DNA of 21,076 nt from Octopus sinensis (taxonomy: Eukaryota). Shown here piece after piece: positions 1-10,058 of the stretch. Each line of letters starts with the position of its first letter. Within the stretch, counting starts at the first letter, position 1. The position numbers were made by a program, and so were the translations under genes. The notes below the pieces were generated by a model. The model was given only the letters and a program-made list of their open reading frames with translations, had not been told where the DNA came from and did not search any database. The stretch covers positions 1-21,076 of the forward strand of contig NW_021823841.1 of assembly GCF_006345805.1 (NCBI RefSeq), written 5' to 3'.

Positions 1-262
1 GGCAGGGGCTGGGGTGGCGAACACTGCTGTACTCTTTCACCACAACTTTCTCTCACTCTTTTTCTTCCTGTTTCTGTTGTACCTGTATTTCAAAGGGGCC
101 AGCCTTGTCATACCCTGTGTCACGCTGAATCTCCCCGAGAACTACGTTAAGGGTACACGTGTCTGTGGGGTGGTCAGCCACTTGCACGTTAATTTCACGA
201 GCAGGCTGTTCCGTTAATCGGATCAACTGGAACCCTCGTCGTCGTAACCGACGGAGTGCCAC
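1..262 (+). mobile_element. 3' portion of a tRNA-derived SINE (same family as 4325-4509); 5' end lies outside the window
   Basis: 1-70 (ggcagggg..ggtggcgaacactgctgtactctttcaccacaactttctctcactcttt) aligns by eye with 4449-4509 (ggcagggggtggtgatccctgctgtactctttcaccactctttctcccactcttt), which follows a tRNA-like A/B-box head. It ends near a small stem-loop (ctcgtcg...cgacggag). Confidence 0.75.
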
Positions 263-606
263 GACGAATCTTCCCGCATGCTACACATACTCTCTCATAC
301 ACACACACACACGCACTCAAGGGCGGGTACATGGACACAAGGACGCACATTATAGACAACAACATCTATCTTACAAACCAAGAAGTCCAGACTGACCATC
401 ACCTCAAAAACTGACCACTTCAATATAATCTTATTCTCGATAAAATAAAAGGCGTCTTTCGCCTCATCCCCACTCTACTCTCACCACCTCCCTTTCTGTA
501 GTCCTTGCCTCCGCCAATAATTTTCCTATCCCCCGTCACACACCACTCACACCGCCTTCCACACTTCACCATCACCATCGTCGTCGTTGTCGTCTTAGCC
601 GTCGTA

Positions 607-740
607 TATCATCATCATTATCATCATTAACATCAACACAGCCCGGCCATCCTCGTTACCCTCGCCGTCAATAAAAGTGTCATCGTCACTAAAAGCATCA
701 TCATCATCATCATCGTCGCCGTCATCATCATCATCATCAA

Positions 741-782
<42 letters not shown>

Positions 783-965
783 CATCATCATCAGCAGCAG
801 CAGCAACAGCATCATGATCATGATCATCATGATCACCATCATCATCATCTTCATCATCATCATCATGAACATCATCATCATCATCATCAACATCATCACA
901 ATCCTCATCATCACCATCACCATCATTGTCATCATCATGGTCGCCGTCGTCGTCATCGTCATCCT
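607..965. repeat. Degenerate (CAT)n/(CGT)n trinucleotide array
   Basis: Directly visible; source of the poly-Met and poly-Ile ORFs. Confidence 0.95.
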
Positions 966-994
966 ACCAGTATTGCCATTTCCTTATAAAAGCG

Positions 995-1141
995 TCTGCG
1001 TGTGTGTGTGTGTGTGTGTGTCTGTGTGTGTGCAAATGTGTGTCGTTTATATATGGGTGAGAGAGCGTAAATGTGAGAAAACGGTGGTTGTGAGTATGTG
1101 CGTATATATATATATATATATATAATATATATATGTATGTA

Positions 1142-1201
<60 letters not shown>

Positions 1202-1321
1202 GCTAGGTGTGAGAGAAAGATTGTGAATGAAGTTCTACTTGAAAATTCCTCGTTAGAACGCGACCGCCAACTCTTCAATTATAATTTTCACGTCCTGTTG
1301 AGTACTTTTGTGCGTGTGTGT

Positions 1322-1352
<31 letters not shown>

Positions 1353-1363
1353 AGTGTGTGCGT

Positions 1364-1442
<79 letters not shown>
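995..1442. repeat. (GT)n and (AT)n microsatellites interrupted by ~110 bp of unique sequence (about 1197-1309)
   Basis: Directly visible. Confidence 0.95.
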
Positions 1443-1444
<2 letters not shown>

Positions 1445-2212
1445 ATGTGTTTTATTATGTGTTCGTGTGTCAGTAAGTATCTATAAATAATTTAAAGGGT
1501 GGAATTTCTGAATACTGTATGCAAGCATTTTTATTTTAATTAATTACTTGAAATTCCCAGTTTAGCTGGTGAAAGAAAATAAAGACATAAACCTAGCGGT
1601 AACTGCGTGCAACTCTTAAACAAAAAGGGAGATAATTTCAAAAATCTTAATTTACATGCTTACAGAAAGAGAAAGATTAATCTTCATTTGCGAGCAAGGG
1701 AAACAATTATGAATGCATTTCAGTCTGATAGACCTCATCAGGATGATACAGTTACTCGAGCCTTACTGATCGCGTAATAAAGATTTTTAGGCATACAAAC
1801 AATTATGGATAACTTTGGGGCTGGTATAATTTGTATAATCAAAAGACGAACTAAGGATGACAGCTCAAATGGGCCGACGAAGGAATTTGATTAAATAATT
1901 TAGGTTTAGCGTTCTGAATGTTTGATGCAAAAACCTTTATGCTTCATTAAAACCTGTGAACACGTGTTTGTAATTGCATGCATTTGTATGTGTCAGTGCA
2001 CAAATTTATTTCTATCCATGCGTCTAATTCATCTTATATACACCCATATCTGGGAAGGGGTGTATGTGTGTGAGAGAGTGTGCCTGATTGCGTGTGTACA
2101 TATACATATATATATATACATATGTATGTATATATATATATATGTGTGTGTGTGTGTATAAATATATATATACATATACACACACTATATATATATATAT
2201 ATAGATATAGAT

Positions 2213-2340
2213 ATAAGGATTGAGGTGTAGGAAGAAAAGAAAAGTCGGTAGATATAAGAGGTTAGCTTGGGAGGTTAAGCAGTTGTGGTCGATGAAAAGG
2301 TGGTAGTCGTACCAGTAATTGTTGGAGCCCTGGAATCAGC
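2213..2340 (+). mobile_element. Frameshifted fragment of the restriction-like endonuclease domain of an R4/Dong-type non-LTR retrotransposon
   Basis: Manual translation gives RLAWEVKQLWSMK, then after a 1-nt shift VVVVPVIVGALE. This matches the 'K..KY..LA.E...LW....V.V.P.V.GALG' signature of RLE-type (R4/Dong) LINEs. Confidence 0.75.
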
Positions 2341-2529
2341 AGAAGTTTTATGCTTTTGAAAAGCCAAAACGACGTGAGATATAATAAGGTGAAAGAAAAC
2401 AAATGAGTCAGTTTTGCACTTTTATTATATATTTCAATATTTCGAGGTTAAGACCCCCTCTTCAGGAAAAGGAAACTGGAAATTTGGTCTTGTGAGCCAG
2501 CTTCTTGAGTTTATATGCTTGTGTATAGG

Positions 2530-2782
2530 TCTCTGTGTGTGTGTGTGTGTGTTTGTAAGTGTGCAAGATATAATGCACATATATATGAGTGTGTGTGTGT
2601 GAATATATATATATGTATGTATTTATGTATGTGTGTATATATATATGTGCGAGTGTGTTTATGTATACATTATATGTGTTATATAATATATATATATATA
2701 TAATAATATATATATATATATATATAATATAATATATAATACAGATACATATATATATATATATGAATGTATATGTATGTGC

Positions 2783-2814
<32 letters not shown>

Positions 2815-2958
2815 TATATACACTCACACCATATATATATACACACATATATATATATATGCACACATATATATATATATATGCAATCATATAAACATGT
2901 GACTTTGATGTGTGAAGCTACTTGGCAAATATTTGATACATTTAATTTCTTTTCAGTG

Positions 2959-2989
<31 letters not shown>

Positions 2990-3157
2990 CTGTGTTTATG
3001 TATACATAAACACTATAATACACACACAACATATATATATATACATATATATATTTAAATACAGATATACATATGAATGCAAATGTATGTTCATATATAT
3101 ATATATATATATATGCATATAATATATATATATATATATATACACACAAATATACAT

Positions 3158-3190
<33 letters not shown>

Positions 3191-3191
3191 A

Positions 3192-3234
<43 letters not shown>

Positions 3235-3326
3235 GTGTGTGTGTGTGTGTATGCAAGCATATAAACATGTGACTTACGATGTGTGAAGTTACTGGGGAAA
3301 TATTTGATACATTTAATTTCTTTTCA
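2530..3326. repeat. Microsatellite block containing a ~370 bp-period tandem duplication
   Basis: The core atgcaa(t/g)catataaacatgtgactt...atatttgatacatttaatttcttttca occurs at 2881-2955 and 3251-3326; tgtgtttatgtatacat occurs near 2655 and 2992. Confidence 0.85.
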
Positions 3327-4020
3327 TTGACATCAGCGACCATACTTGACTAGTGTTGATTTTGTTTTTTTCTGCTGCTAATGAGTTACTCAACGTTGTT
3401 GAACATGTGACACCAATGGTGTGACATTAATTTTGCATTAGACGGAAAGACAGATGCAGTTACGCCAATATGATATCTGCTCCACTTTTCGGGGACAGGG
3501 CCGATTGCTAGTGACTGAAGCTGAAGTCGTCTAACTTTATTAATAACTTCCTGTTAACATACCTAACGTATGCAAGCCGTTGTGCCTCTGTGTGTGTGTG
3601 TGTGTGTGGTTGCATGTGTGTGTGTTTAAGGTACTTAAGCCCACACGTAGACTCGCTTAATACGAGTATGTGAAGTGCTCTACCGGTGTGGTGTAGGCGT
3701 GAATTACGTCTAAGAACATAGAGTGTTTGTTGCGTTTACTTGCACTACTGAGCGCTTAATATGGTCCCGTCTCTCACCGAGGAAGACTTGCCCTACATAT
3801 ATTTATGCGGTGGAGGTGCGTACGCGTATGTGTATATGCACGTGCATATGCGTGTATGTGTGTATGCATATATATATATACATGTATATATATATATAAG
3901 TTCAGCAAAATTTAGATTCAAATGAATATGGTACTTAAGTTAGATGCACCAGAATTTTGTATGGTGTTATCCATATAATTTAAAATAAGGTGATTATAAT
4001 CAAAATAAGCAACAATAATA

Positions 4021-4128
4021 TCTCCGGTAATTTGGTACGATCGTTTCATGCTACATCATTTTATTAAATTTTATAAGTATTACAACAGTTTTAAAATGTT
4101 GAGCAATCATCAGCCATTTACAGAGGTT
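4021..4128 (-). ncRNA. Type I hammerhead ribozyme-like motif (PLE-type, palindromic stem III, long stem II)
   Basis: Minus strand: CUGAUGA (4113-4107), an AT-rich stem II hairpin (ugcucaacauuuu / aaaaugauguagca), GAAA (4047-4044), self-complementary ACGAUCGU, and a GUA cleavage triplet ending at 4036. Stem I (cucuguaaaugg / ccaaauuaccggag) gives about 11 bp with a bulge and an internal loop. The 10.1-11.1 pair is U-U, which is non-canonical. Confidence 0.6.
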
Positions 4129-4210
4129 TTCCATTAATACATAATTTTCATATTAATTGATAACACTATAGAGAAGGTAGATATATAGAAAAGGATGTCG
4201 ATATGTATAT

Positions 4211-4243
<33 letters not shown>

Positions 4244-4248
4244 GTGTG

Positions 4249-4300
<52 letters not shown>

Positions 4301-4324
4301 TTGTGTGTGTATGTGTGTGTGTGT

Positions 4325-4509
4325 GGAGGCGCAATGGCCTAGTGGTTAGGGCAGCGGACTCGCGGTCGTAGGATCGCGGTTTCGATTCCCAGACCTTGTG
4401 TTCTGTGTGTTTATTGAGCGAAAACACCTAAAAGCTCCACGAGGCTCCGGCAGGGGGTGGTGATCCCTGCTGTACTCTTTCACCACTCTTTCTCCCACTC
4501 TTTCTTCTG
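4325..4509 (+). mobile_element. tRNA-derived (Arg-like) SINE, 3'-truncated
   Basis: A box TGGCCTAGTGG (4335-4345), B box GGTTTCGATTCCC (4378-4390), and a body shared with 1-262. Starts immediately after a (GT)n run. Confidence 0.85.
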
Positions 4510-4537
4510 ATGGACTGGTCGGTCACGTGATCACGTG

Positions 4538-4603
<66 letters not shown>

Positions 4604-4612
4604 CATATAATA

Positions 4613-5144
4613 TAGGGTGGCTAAATTGTCGCATGTGCATTGTTTGTTTTTGATTTTGTCAACTACACAGTATAGTAGGGTCAGCTAATACGAGCATCTC
4701 AGAGTGTTTAGGTGTCATTTTGAGGACATATACCGAGAGTTATAAAAATCAAACGTCCAGTCAACATTACGGTGTTTGAAGTCATCACTAGTGATGGCAA
4801 CGTTATGCCTCCATTCATCTTTTCACATGGCCTCACACTCAACACCGAGGCCTACATGAAGTGCCTGGGGGGAAGAGCGTGGCTGCTGGAACACCCTATG
4901 TCTGGCAACATGACTCTGCACCATGTCACACAAGCAGGAGAACCGAGTCGTGGCTGTCAGACAATTTCTGTGACCGCATCACCCCTAAAAGTTGGTCACC
5001 TAACTCCCCAGACTGCAAACCCCTTGATTATTATGTGTCGGGCACAGTTGAGAGAGAGATCATCAAAACTGCTTGCAACACCAAAGATGAACTGAAGGCA
5101 AGGATTATGGCAGCTTTCGCCAACTTCAACAACGAAACCGTCCA
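4613..5144 (+). mobile_element. Internally deleted, 3'-truncated Tc1/mariner element, DD37D (maT) family; transposase pseudogene fragment
   Basis: Two frames joined by a shift give IKRPVNITVFEVITSDGNVMPPFIFSHGLTLNTEAYMKCL / KSVAAGTPYVWQHDSAPCHTSRRTESWLSDNFCDRITPKSWSPNSPDCKPLDYY...TKDELKARIMAAF. There are 37 residues between the D of HDSAP and the D of PLDY. The 5' end TA|TAGGGTGGCTAAA resembles a CAGGGTG-type TIR after a TA target. The N-terminal DNA-binding region and right TIR are absent. Confidence 0.9.
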
Positions 5145-5211
5145 TTATAAAATTATAATATATATATATATATATATAATTTTATATAATATAATTTTAT
5201 TATTATATATA

Positions 5212-5249
<38 letters not shown>

Positions 5250-5254
5250 TATAT

Positions 5255-5420
5255 ACAACAGGCGTCTTTCAGTTCCATCTGACAAGACCATATATTCTGC
5301 GTGTACTCGTTTTGTTGAATACCCTCCAAAAATGGTTAATTCATTATTAATATGAAACTCAATCGTAAATAAAATCGTATCGGAATCATACCGAGAAACG
5401 AATTTCTCTGTTCCTTGCTA
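5255..5420 (-). mobile_element. Unclassified interspersed repeat fragment ending in the 'AGAYGGAACTGAAAGA.GCC..T.GTATATA' module
   Basis: The reverse complement of 5255-5280 (agatggaactgaaagacgcctgttgtatat) matches 18067-18096 (agacggaaactgaaagaagcccatcgtatat). Confidence 0.4.
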
Positions 5421-5863
5421 TGGAATAGTATGAGAGTTGCTCTGAGACAGCAGTGCAGTAGTCTCCACTCCTAAGTGCATCATATGGAACGACAGATGGC
5501 AGGTTAGTGGGAAGGTGACAGATATGAGGCTCGAAGTGTGAGTGACATTCTACCAACCCACATCTTGTGTTTGTTAAGTTCTATGCATAAATTCGTTAGA
5601 AATTTATTAAGTGAAACTAATTTTGACTATAATTTTTCTGTTCTTGCCGCACTATAATATATAATGTGGTCTTAATTTCTTTTAAAATCTAATGAAACAC
5701 ACCCAGAATCATATAAATAGTTCGTTAACGCAGATTAAATTGTATATCTTTTTTATACTAATTAGGCCAAAACAGTAGATCCAAGAGGGTATCACAGTGC
5801 ACAGCCTGTAAGTAATAACCACAATAAGCTTCTGATAAATGTACGTGTCTGTGTGTGAGTATA

Positions 5864-5953
<90 letters not shown>

Positions 5954-5959
5954 ATATTT

Positions 5960-6085
5960 CTAAGCACATTTTCTCATTCTTTTATTCCCCGGCTTTTCCC
6001 ATATTTATTTTATTCTTCCTTCTCATTTTCTGACGAAGGGAGCATGTCCGAACCGTCAAGACTCTTTACAGCTTTTAAACGTTAA
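5960..6085 (+). mobile_element. PLE-type terminal fragment with a minimal hammerhead-like motif (6030-6060)
   Basis: A pyrimidine-rich run, then CTGACGA, a GGA-gcatg-TCC hairpin, and GAAC-C-GTC-aaga. All core positions are present except A15.1 (C here); stem I is weak. Confidence 0.45.
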
Positions 6086-6125
6086 AAATGTCTATGTGTA
6101 TATATATATAGAGAGAGAGAGTGTC

Positions 6126-6162
<37 letters not shown>

Positions 6163-6609
6163 TTACAAGGAGGGAACTTTCGTATAATCACTAAATGAAA
6201 ATGCAACACTTTACGATATATCCCATAACCCTTTAAATATACTGAAAGGTCATAGGTCCATCATATTAAGTATAAAATATTTTCGAGTAATCAATATGAA
6301 TTAACATATTTAATGTAATAGCTGGTGGGGGTCTGTTTGGGAATTTCACAGGAACATAACCTACCCTTACGTCACATACTCCTTTAGCTGTGCTAAACTT
6401 TATCTTTTATTCGTATCTCGGGAAGGTCATTATGCCAATACGAAACACACGTAGTTTCTTTTTCACGTCTGTATTATTTATGTTCCAATTGCTGACCTTG
6501 TGACCTAGTAGAAAGGAACATTTATTCGTCAGCTGGTTAGCCAATTAACTAATTAATCGTCTGATGAAGCATTCGATCAATCTGTCAATGAGCTAATTTT
6601 TTATCATCA

Positions 6610-6611
<2 letters not shown>

Positions 6612-6660
<49 letters not shown>

Positions 6661-6915
6661 TATTATTATTATTCAGTAGTTTTATTTTTATAGCGTGCTT
6701 TCACTTCACTACCGAGCGCAGCTCTGTATGCCTTGGGTATGTTCTGTGATTTGGTGTGTGATGCTCTGATGGTTATTGTATGAAAAGTGTTCTGCGTAGG
6801 ATGGTGTGCAGTGCCTAGTAGTGCAATTTTCTGTATGTTATATGTGTTGTAAGTCCTGGTGTTTTTGTTATGTATTTGTCTGAATATTATTATTATTATT
6901 ATTATTATATTATTA

Positions 6916-6960
<45 letters not shown>
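6612..6960. repeat. (ATT)n microsatellite split by the R4/Dong insertion
   Basis: (ATT)n at about 6612-6673 and 6885-6960. Confidence 0.95.
6674..6884 (-). mobile_element. 5'-truncated R4/Dong-type non-LTR retrotransposon 3' end inserted in (AAT)n
   Basis: Minus-strand translation with frameshifts: SDKYITKTPGL / NIQKIALLGTAH / ILRRTL, matching the C-terminal 'Q+..LLGT..I...' motif of R4/Dong ORFs. A ~110 nt 3' UTR ending ACTACTG-(AAT)n follows. Confidence 0.8.
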
Positions 6961-7654
6961 GTTCAACTCTGTATAATTCAGAGGGGCGTTCTGCGTCTGC
7001 GTACATGAAGATATATACACAAATATCACACAGACAAAAACAAACAAGACACTAAATACGAACAGCAATGCAAGGTAGTTAATTTGACATTGTAATGAGG
7101 AAACAGAGAACTTAACGTTTCGGACTAGGGTATTTTGTCAAGAACAATAATACTAAAAGAAAGAGGTAAAAAAAAACCTTTTGTCTTCGTTCTACATTAA
7201 ACAACGCATGCTTTTTTCTCACTGTTACTGACTTGCTGAATCTTCTTTATGTCAGGAATCATAAAGGAAACAATAAAAGCGAAAACAGCAACAAACATTT
7301 TGATGTGAAAACAGAAATGCGTTCTTTGAATGAATATTTCGTCAGCGAATACATATTTGCGAACATTTTCGAAATTGTCATAATTTGACGCCAACGTTTA
7401 ACGTTTGTCATACATATTTTACATCTGACGAAGTTTTTGACGGTTTTGTTTTTTCTTCTTTTGTTTTGTTTTTTTTCTCTTTTGTTTTTATCGTTTTTAA
7501 TTTTTTTTTATTGCCGTTATTCATGCGAATAAAATATGCTTCAGAAATATGTTTGATGTGAAAGTTTCGAAGTCAGAAATGGAGTATCATAGTGCTAGCA
7601 GGTAATTAAATATAGGATAAATATTTATTTATCACACTTGCATGTTCACACATA

Positions 7655-7790
7655 CGTTATACATACATACATACATACATACATACATACATACATACAT
7701 AATACGTATATATATATACATACATAAGTGTAAGGAAAATCAACTCGTGTGTTAATTTTCAACCGTCTAAATATCTATATATATATTATA

Positions 7791-7866
<76 letters not shown>

Positions 7867-7917
7867 ATATAATATATATATATATATATACATATATATA
7901 TACATATATATATGTAC

Positions 7918-7972
<55 letters not shown>

Positions 7973-8040
7973 CATACATATATATATACATATATATACA
8001 CACACAGACACAGACACACACACACACACATATATATATA
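7655..8040. repeat. (TACA)n, (TA)n and (CA)n microsatellite block
   Basis: Directly visible. Confidence 0.95.
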
Positions 8041-8927
8041 TTCAGTTACTTTTTCATAGGGCACTACCGAACGTTTTGAGATAATCTGAAATATGAGGAG
8101 AATCTTCTCTGTAATAACCATACAATCTTAACCTCTCAATGAAAACTAAACGAAGTGGTTATGTTACAGACCTCGTTTCATCGTAGACAGGAAAAGTGTC
8201 TGGGTTTCTAGTTATCAGAGTCTTTTATCAGTGAAAGAATACCGATACAGGCATATAAGCACACACATATGTATGTGTGTAGAAAAGGGGACTGTTTTGG
8301 CTCCCGAATTTAACCGAATGACTGACTGAGATCTATAATGTCACCAATATCAGCTGATGTCACCAATCAATATTTTCACCAAGAAGGGCTTTATTGAGAA
8401 AAGAAAAAAGCAGCTGAGGATCAGGCTAATATCTTTGTATTAAGACTAATGCTCTCTATGAAAGGTGAAGTTGTGAAATTCATGATTTTCTTAAGGAGAT
8501 TATCAAAGTACGACTACGGATTGAAGGTCGATTGTTTTCGTGGGGTTTTCGTTTCTGAATGGTTTAATCGTATTTGAAGAGGTCTGTAAGGGTTATGCCA
8601 AAATTTCTGCAACCCTTCCCAAAACAGATAACATCGATAAAGTTGAGCTTTAAGTTCACGGCGGCAAGTAAAACATAGGAAAAGCGAATGTTTTCTAGAG
8701 GGTTCATATTTGAGGAAAGTTGGATTAAGCTAAGGGGTTACTATAAGGCACTAGGTAGGAATGAGGTACAATATGGTTGTAAACTAGGCTCACTAAAAGC
8801 CTTTCTTTTTGCTTTGGTTTTATCTTAAAGAAAATTGCTTAATAGCAACCCTCTGGATATATTTGGAACATTTCTCAAGTACAGTTCTATATTTAAGAGA
8901 CGAAGAATTATGAACATTATTTACATT

Positions 8928-8983
8928 CGGCGTTAAAAGTGGGCTACTAACCCCAAGATTCCGAGTTCGATTCCAGACAGTGA

Positions 8984-8987
<4 letters not shown>
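8928..8987 (+). mobile_element. tRNA-like head, 5'-truncated (anticodon-arm-like gggCTACTAAccc, B box), followed by (AAT)n
   Basis: gggctactaacccc-aagattccgaGTTCGATTCcagacagtgacctg; the A box is not recognisable. Confidence 0.65.
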
Positions 8988-9039
<52 letters not shown>

Positions 9040-9144
9040 TGATGATGATAATAATAATAATAATAATAATAATATAATATAATAATAATAATATATAATA
9101 ATAATAATAATAAAATAATGATGATGATGATGATGATGATGATA

Positions 9145-9476
9145 TCAATCAATCAATCAATCAATCAATTTTTATTGGCTCAAAAAGCAAAAGCAAGGCC
9201 ATGTAGGGGGACAGGGAGTTATGTACAAGGAGGATGATCATACAAAGAGTTCAGGCCATTTCCAGTCAAGAGAGACTTTGAACCGAGCGGTCGTCGGCAT
9301 CTTCACTATCTCGTCCGGCAGCTTATTCCACGGATCCGCAACCCGGACGGAGAAAGGCCCTCTCCTTCGATTGAGATAAAATCGTCGTAGATAGATCTTT
9401 TCGGAGTGACCCCGCAGCCGACGCTCTGGAGCAGGAGTGAAGAACAGCTCTTTCGAGAGGTTACACTTTCTGCTTA
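9145..9476 (-). mobile_element. 5'-truncated CR1/L2-group LINE 3' end with AATAAA and (TTGA)n tail
   Basis: The ORF segment LFFTPAPERRLRGHSEKIYLRRFYLNRRRGPFSVRVADPWNKLPDEIV matches the 'RGH..K....FS.RV...WN.LP' C-terminus of CR1/L2-group ORF2. AATAAA at 9176-9171 and the (TTGA)n tail at 9145-9168. Confidence 0.8.
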
Positions 9477-9485
9477 TAATAATAA

Positions 9486-9643
9486 TAATGACATCGAAAA
9501 ATACCTTAGGAATGAGAAACCAGGTTCGAAATTTCCCCAAGACACCTGATTAAGGCTGGAGGGTGTCTCAGCCAAAACGTGTTAACAACAAACAAGATGA
9601 GGACAAATATCCGTCAATTGTAAATAATGTAAATAATGTACAT
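9486..9643 (+). mobile_element. PLE-like terminal region with a degenerate minimal hammerhead
   Basis: gacac-CTGATTA-a-GGCTG-gagggtgtct-CAGCC-AAAAC-gtgtt. Stem II is a perfect 5 bp and stem I gacac/gtgtt is possible. Two core substitutions (CTGATTA, AAAA) and an apparently deleted cleavage triplet. Confidence 0.55.
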
Positions 9644-9894
9644 TTCTCAAGTAGTTGTCTTTATTCCATAATTGAAAAGCTTTCAGAATCACACATTAGG
9701 GGATTCAGAGGAGAATCTCAGTAGAGTATTCCAAGAGTTTCTTTGGAAGATTTCAACAGAGTACTTTGGAGAGCTGCGTCACCCAATTATAAGTATTTGC
9801 AGGAAGGTTAAAAAAAGAAACATTCAGAGAGTTCCCTCAACAAACTTGAATACAATTACTAGTGCACACACTGCAGCCCCTGGCTCACAAGTCT

Positions 9895-10058
9895 TTTCTT
9901 TTCTACTCCAGTCACAAGGCCCGAAATTTTGGGGGAGTGAGCCAGTCGATTAGATCGATCCCATTATGCAACTGGTATTTAATTTATCAACCCCGAAAGG
10001 ATGACAGGCGAAGTCGACCACGGCGGAATTTGAACTCAGAACGTTAAAGACACGAAAT
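9895..10058 (-). mobile_element. tRNA-derived SINE, 5'-truncated (family with the GTCGAC..GCCTTTCATCCTTTCGGGGTCGAT central domain)
   Basis: The central domain recurs at 10130-10195 and 12365-12435; the 3' tail resembles that of 12285-12505. Confidence 0.8.

Larger units (their letters stand above)
8868..9653 (+). mobile_element. TSD-flanked composite retroelement: inverted terminal segment + tRNA-like head + (AAT)n + PLE-like hammerhead tail, interrupted by a LINE
   Basis: Exact 14-bp direct repeat ACATTTCTCAAGTA at 8868-8881 and 9640-9653. An 18-bp inverted repeat with 1 mismatch at 8910-8927 and 9626-9643. B box GTTCGATTC at 8965-8973. Degenerate hammerhead at 9541-9583. Confidence 0.7.

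Noticed and set aside
633-1125. Poly-Met and poly-Ile ORFs (109 aa and 103 aa)
   Set aside because: They are translations of the (CAT)n array, with no unique coding sequence or splice context.
4325-4395. Possible functional tRNA genes (also 8928-8987 and 11970-12040)
   Set aside because: The cloverleaf is imperfect and each continues into SINE-type bodies or repeats; called as SINE heads.
5755-5840. Possible permuted hammerhead remnant (ggccaaaacagtag ... cttctgataa)
   Set aside because: Stems I and III cannot form and the core is doubly mutated.
7197-7394. Minus ORF with FIVSFMIPDIKK, superficially like an anoctamin last TM segment
   Set aside because: The hydrophobicity comes from a T-rich tract, the start is non-ATG, and there are no convincing splice sites.
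9672-9953. 93-aa ORF; also 11095-11301, 12760-13002, 14081-14410 and 20458-20676
   Set aside because: No recognisable domains; several cross repeat boundaries, and the lengths are compatible with chance.
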